This document shows, piece after piece, positions 60,687 to 64,000 of a DNA stretch of 64,000 nucleotides. Position 1 is the stretch's first letter. Every line of letters starts with the position of its first letter. The notes under the pieces were generated by a model, which was not told the origin of the DNA, did no database searches, and worked only from the letters and a program-made list of their open reading frames with translations. The position numbers and the translations under genes are program-made. The DNA is from Candidatus Cloacimonadota bacterium (GTDB taxonomy: Bacteria > Cloacimonadota > Cloacimonadia > JGIOTU-2), in the NCBI GenBank assembly GCA_049903315.1, contig JBNGBT010000011.1, positions 1 through 64,000 on the forward strand. Reading direction: 5' to 3'.

Positions 60687-60740
60687 ACGTAGTGGAGACT
60701 TACATCTGATGACTGCTCATTCGTGTCAAGAAATATGACA

Positions 60741-61985
60741 CTATGCAATCATCTGATCCTGGTCTTTTTTATCTTTTGAGTTTATAAATTGAAAAATTGG
60801 AGCTCCGTTATCAATAATAACATCACGAGTTATAATACACTTGTTGACATCCTTCATATCAGGAAGATTATACATGATGTCCTTCATAACATTTTCCATT
60901 ATAGCTCTTAATCCCCGGGCTCCGGATTGCCGTTTTGTTGCAATTTCTGCAATCGCATCAAGTGCTTCAACCTCAAATTCAAGGTCAACATCTTCTAGAT
61001 CGAATAATGCCTGATATTGCTTTATTAGAGCATTCTTTGGTTCTGTAAGTATTCTCACCAATGCATCTTTATCAAGTTCTGAAAGTGAGGTGTTCACAGG
61101 AAGTCTTCCTATCAATTCAGGAACCAGCCCATATTTTAACAAATCCTGGGGCTGCACCTTACTGAGGATTTCACTCCTTCTGTCTTCATAAAGACCAAGA
61201 AGCTCGGAACCAAAGCCAATCGTCTTTTTATTTATTCTTCTCTCTATTATCTTCTCAAGTTCATTGAAAGCCCCGCCAACAATGAACAAAATATTCTTCG
61301 TGTTGATCTCAATAAACTCCTGATGCGGATGCTTTCTTCCACCTTTTGGTGGCACATTTACTTTTTCACCTTCGAGAAGTTTCAAGAGTGCCTGCTGCAC
61401 ACCTTCTCCGGATACATCTCGTGTAATAGAAGGAGTTTCAGATTTACGAGCTATCTTATCTATCTCATCCAAATATATAATACCTCGCTCAGTTTTTTCA
61501 ATATCATAATCTGCAGCTTGAAGCAAACGGACGAGAATATTCTCTACATCCTCTCCAACATAACCGGCTTCTGTAAGGGTGGTTGCATCTGAAATCGCAA
61601 AGGGAACTTTAAGAAAACGAGCAAGTGTCTGCGCAATAAGAGTTTTCCCTGTGCCTGTCGGTCCGATCATGATAATATTACTTTTCTCGAGTTCAACATC
61701 TTTGACGTAGCGCTGTTTAAAAATTCTCTTATAATGATTGTACACAGCTACAGAAATAGTTTTCTTGGCATTTTCCTGTCCAATCACATATTCATCGAGA
61801 TATTCTTTGATCTCTCGCGGAGTTGGCAGTTCAAAATTATCATCAACTTTTTTCTCACGTTCCTTCTCTAGGATCGTGTTGCATATGGTAATACATGTAT
61901 CACAGATGTTGCCGTCAACACCACGCACGAGTTTGGTAACCTGATCACGGGTTTTTCCGCAAAAGGAACATTTTTGTTCTTCCAT
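60741..61985 (-). CDS. clpX: ATP-dependent Clp protease ATPase subunit
   Basis: CSFCGK zinc finger, [29 protein letters not shown] and IGF loop. Confidence 0.98.
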   Translation of the reverse strand: MEEQKCSFCGKTRDQVTKLVRGVDGNICDTCITICNTILEKEREKKVDDNFELPTPREIKEYLDEYVIGQENAKKTISVAVYNHYKRIFKQRYVKDVELEKSNIIMIGPTGTGKTLIAQTLARFLKVPFAISDATTLTEAGYVGEDVENILVRLLQAADYDIEKTERGIIYLDEIDKIARKSETPSITRDVSGEGVQQALLKLLEGEKVNVPPKGGRKHPHQEFIEINTKNILFIVGGAFNELEKIIERRINKKTIGFGSELLGLYEDRRSEILSKVQPQDLLKYGLVPELIGRLPVNTSLSELDKDALVRILTEPKNALIKQYQALFDLEDVDLEFEVEALDAIAEIATKRQSGARGLRAIMENVMKDIMYNLPDMKDVNKCIITRDVIIDNGAPIFQFINSKDKKDQDQMIA

Positions 61986-61986
61986 A

Positions 61987-62568
61987 TTACTTCCTTTGAG
62001 TTATAACCTCATCAATAATACCATATTTAAGAGCTTCTTTTGCATCCATGAAAAAGTTCCTGTCGGAGTCTTTTTCGATCTTACCTATTTTTTGACCAGT
62101 GTGTTTGCTTAAAATCTGGTTGATGCGCTCCTTGATCTTAATGATCTCTCTTGCATGAATTTCTATATCTGCTGCCTGTCCCTGTACTCCACCAAGTGGT
62201 TGATGGATCATAATCCGCGAATTGGGCAATGCAGAACGCTTTCCATGAGCACCTGCAGCGAGTAGAAGCGCTCCCATACTTGCAGCTTGTCCTAAGCATA
62301 TTGTACAAATATCCGGTTTGATGTACTGCATTGTATCATAGATCGCCAATCCGGAAGTGACTACCCCACCGGGAGAATTGATGTACATATATATATCGTT
62401 TTTCGGATTTTCTGCTTCAAGGTGCAGAAGCTGAGCAATGATAATGTTCGCCATATCATCATTCATTGCTGAGCCCACAAACACAATACGATCTTTTAAA
62501 AGACGGGAATAAATATCATAAGCTCTTTCGACTTTTCCCGTTTGCTCAATGACCATTGGAATCAGCAT
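61987..62568 (-). CDS. clpP: Clp protease proteolytic subunit
   Basis: [21 protein letters not shown] and MIHQP. Confidence 0.98.
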   Translation of the reverse strand: MLIPMVIEQTGKVERAYDIYSRLLKDRIVFVGSAMNDDMANIIIAQLLHLEAENPKNDIYMYINSPGGVVTSGLAIYDTMQYIKPDICTICLGQAASMGALLLAAGAHGKRSALPNSRIMIHQPLGGVQGQAADIEIHAREIIKIKERINQILSKHTGQKIGKIEKDSDRNFFMDAKEALKYGIIDEVITQRK

Positions 62569-63872
62569 TATTTTTCCTCTTTTTTATTTACTTTCTTCTC
62601 AGTTTTCTCTTTTGTCGGTTTTTTAAATTCAACCGTGCTTTCAATATTTTTCATGATCTTATCACTTATAAGATTTTCTTTAATTTCTTCTTTATTGATC
62701 TGCTTCTTGTAGAGTTCCTTGTACTTATCGATGTCCATACCCATTTTCTCGGCTGACAGCCTGATCTCATTTTCAACTTCTTCATCTGTTACATCGACTT
62801 TTTCTAGCTCTTTCAATTTATTCATTACATAATATAAGCGGATTTCATTTTCTGCATAACTTTTATATACAATTTTCATTTGTGCAAGAGCTTCAGTATT
62901 GAGATTTTTCTGCTGTTGGGCATACTTTTTTATCATTTCTTGAGCATAATTATCTACAAAGGATTCAGGAACTTCAAAAGGATTTTTCTCAATTATTTTC
63001 TGAAGGATCAGGGATTTGATCTGCCCTTTATTTCTTTGTGAAATCTGCTCCCCTAAACCTTTTTTGATTTCATCCTTTAATACTTTAAGAGAATCAAACT
63101 CCCCGATTTCTTTTGCGAAATCATCATTCAGTTCCGGAAGTTCTACCTTCTTCACTTCTTTAATCTTGAGCAGCATTTCCTTTTTTTCGGATTTATCTTT
63201 TTCATCCTGGGGACCAAGCTCCACTTCTGCAGTAATATCATCACCCTTTTGAGCTCCAATGAGTGATTTGTCAAAGGCTTTGCCATAAGTCTCCTGCCCG
63301 ATTTTATAGGAACTTTCTTCTTTCTTAGTGACATCTTTTCCATCAAATTTCAGAACAGTGTAATTGATCACATCACCTTTTTCAGCAGGACCTTCCTTAT
63401 CAGAAATCGTTGCATAACTCTCCTGCAATCGAGAGAGTTCACCATCAATCATCTCTTTTGTTACCTTTTCCGGTTCGAATTCAACAGAAAAATTTTTGTA
63501 GTCTTTCAACTCTATCTCCGGATTGACCTCAAAAGTAAAAGACAATTCCATGTCTTTTCCCGGTTCCCAGTCGGAATCTTCAAGAGCACCCTGGTTTATT
63601 GGATGGATACCCATCTTACCCAATTCTTCTAATGCCAATTTATAATATTTCGGGACAGCGTCTTCAAAAAATCCCTGTTTGATCTGGTCTTTATACATTC
63701 TTTCGATCATCTTAAGGGGAGCCTTACCTTTTCGAAATCCCGGCAGAGACACATATTGTCGAAAGCCGTTAAGTGTTGAGTTATAATCTTTTTGAGCAAT
63801 ATCATTCGGTACAGAGAAACTCATTTTTCTCTTGGTTTCACTCACTTTTTCAATCTTTGGTTTCAGTTCCAT
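62568..63872 (-). CDS. tig: Trigger factor
   Basis: [19 protein letters not shown], and position upstream of clpP-clpX. Confidence 0.95.
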   Translation of the reverse strand: MELKPKIEKVSETKRKMSFSVPNDIAQKDYNSTLNGFRQYVSLPGFRKGKAPLKMIERMYKDQIKQGFFEDAVPKYYKLALEELGKMGIHPINQGALEDSDWEPGKDMELSFTFEVNPEIELKDYKNFSVEFEPEKVTKEMIDGELSRLQESYATISDKEGPAEKGDVINYTVLKFDGKDVTKKEESSYKIGQETYGKAFDKSLIGAQKGDDITAEVELGPQDEKDKSEKKEMLLKIKEVKKVELPELNDDFAKEIGEFDSLKVLKDEIKKGLGEQISQRNKGQIKSLILQKIIEKNPFEVPESFVDNYAQEMIKKYAQQQKNLNTEALAQMKIVYKSYAENEIRLYYVMNKLKELEKVDVTDEEVENEIRLSAEKMGMDIDKYKELYKKQINKEEIKENLISDKIMKNIESTVEFKKPTKEKTEKKVNKKEEK

Positions 63873-63901
63873 TCTATATTCCTTTTTTCTTTATAAAATC
63901 T

Positions 63902-63988
63902 TGGTGCGAAAGAGGGGACTCGAACCCCTACAACCTTTCGGCCACTGGATTCTAAGTCCAGCGCGTCTACCAGTTCCGCCACTTTCGC
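63902..63988 (-). tRNA. tRNA-Leu (TAG)
   Basis: GCGAAAG acceptor stem, CTGGA-CT-TAG-AA-TCCAG anticodon arm, long variable arm, TTCGAGT T-loop and ACCA end. Confidence 0.96.
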
Positions 63989-64000
63989 ACGAATTTATGA

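Noticed and set aside
60066..60733. Three repeats read as a CRISPR array
   Set aside because: The repeats are tRNA-derived, 60-120 bp long and unevenly spaced, and there are no cas genes in the window.

Overview
This is a moderately AT-rich chromosomal segment of a diderm, probably anaerobic bacterium. Secreted proteins with FlgD/Por-type C-terminal tails, Kdo/Lpt genes, HPrK/HPr/EI and a HydABC-like cluster suggest an FCB-related lineage such as Cloacimonadota (inference only). Most of the window is housekeeping: mutL, lepA, deoB, miaA, purH, purN, mtaB, pyrG, kdsA, kdsC, lptCAB, lipA, hpf, hprK, ptsH, ptsI, gdhA, tig, clpP, clpX, tRNA-Leu and tRNA-Asn. It also carries several secreted or surface proteins, including a >1385-aa ORF (4157 to the left edge) that the ORF track misses. 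The most unusual structure is at 60066-60733. An intact tRNA-Asn(GTT) is flanked by two degenerate copies of itself, and an 81-aa GIY-YIG nuclease gene sits between the intact gene and one copy. Both degenerate copies carry the same 16-bp perfect palindrome (TCCGCCAGCTGGCGGA) starting at the same tRNA position, right after anticodon+A37. Other notable items are a NuoE/NuoF/GltD-NuoG cluster with no hydrogenase or formate dehydrogenase active site, an SDR-ALDH fusion with an internal RBS, an unannotated 36-aa Lys-rich protein, lipA in the slot normally held by rpoN, and a GTAG-led REP-like hairpin.
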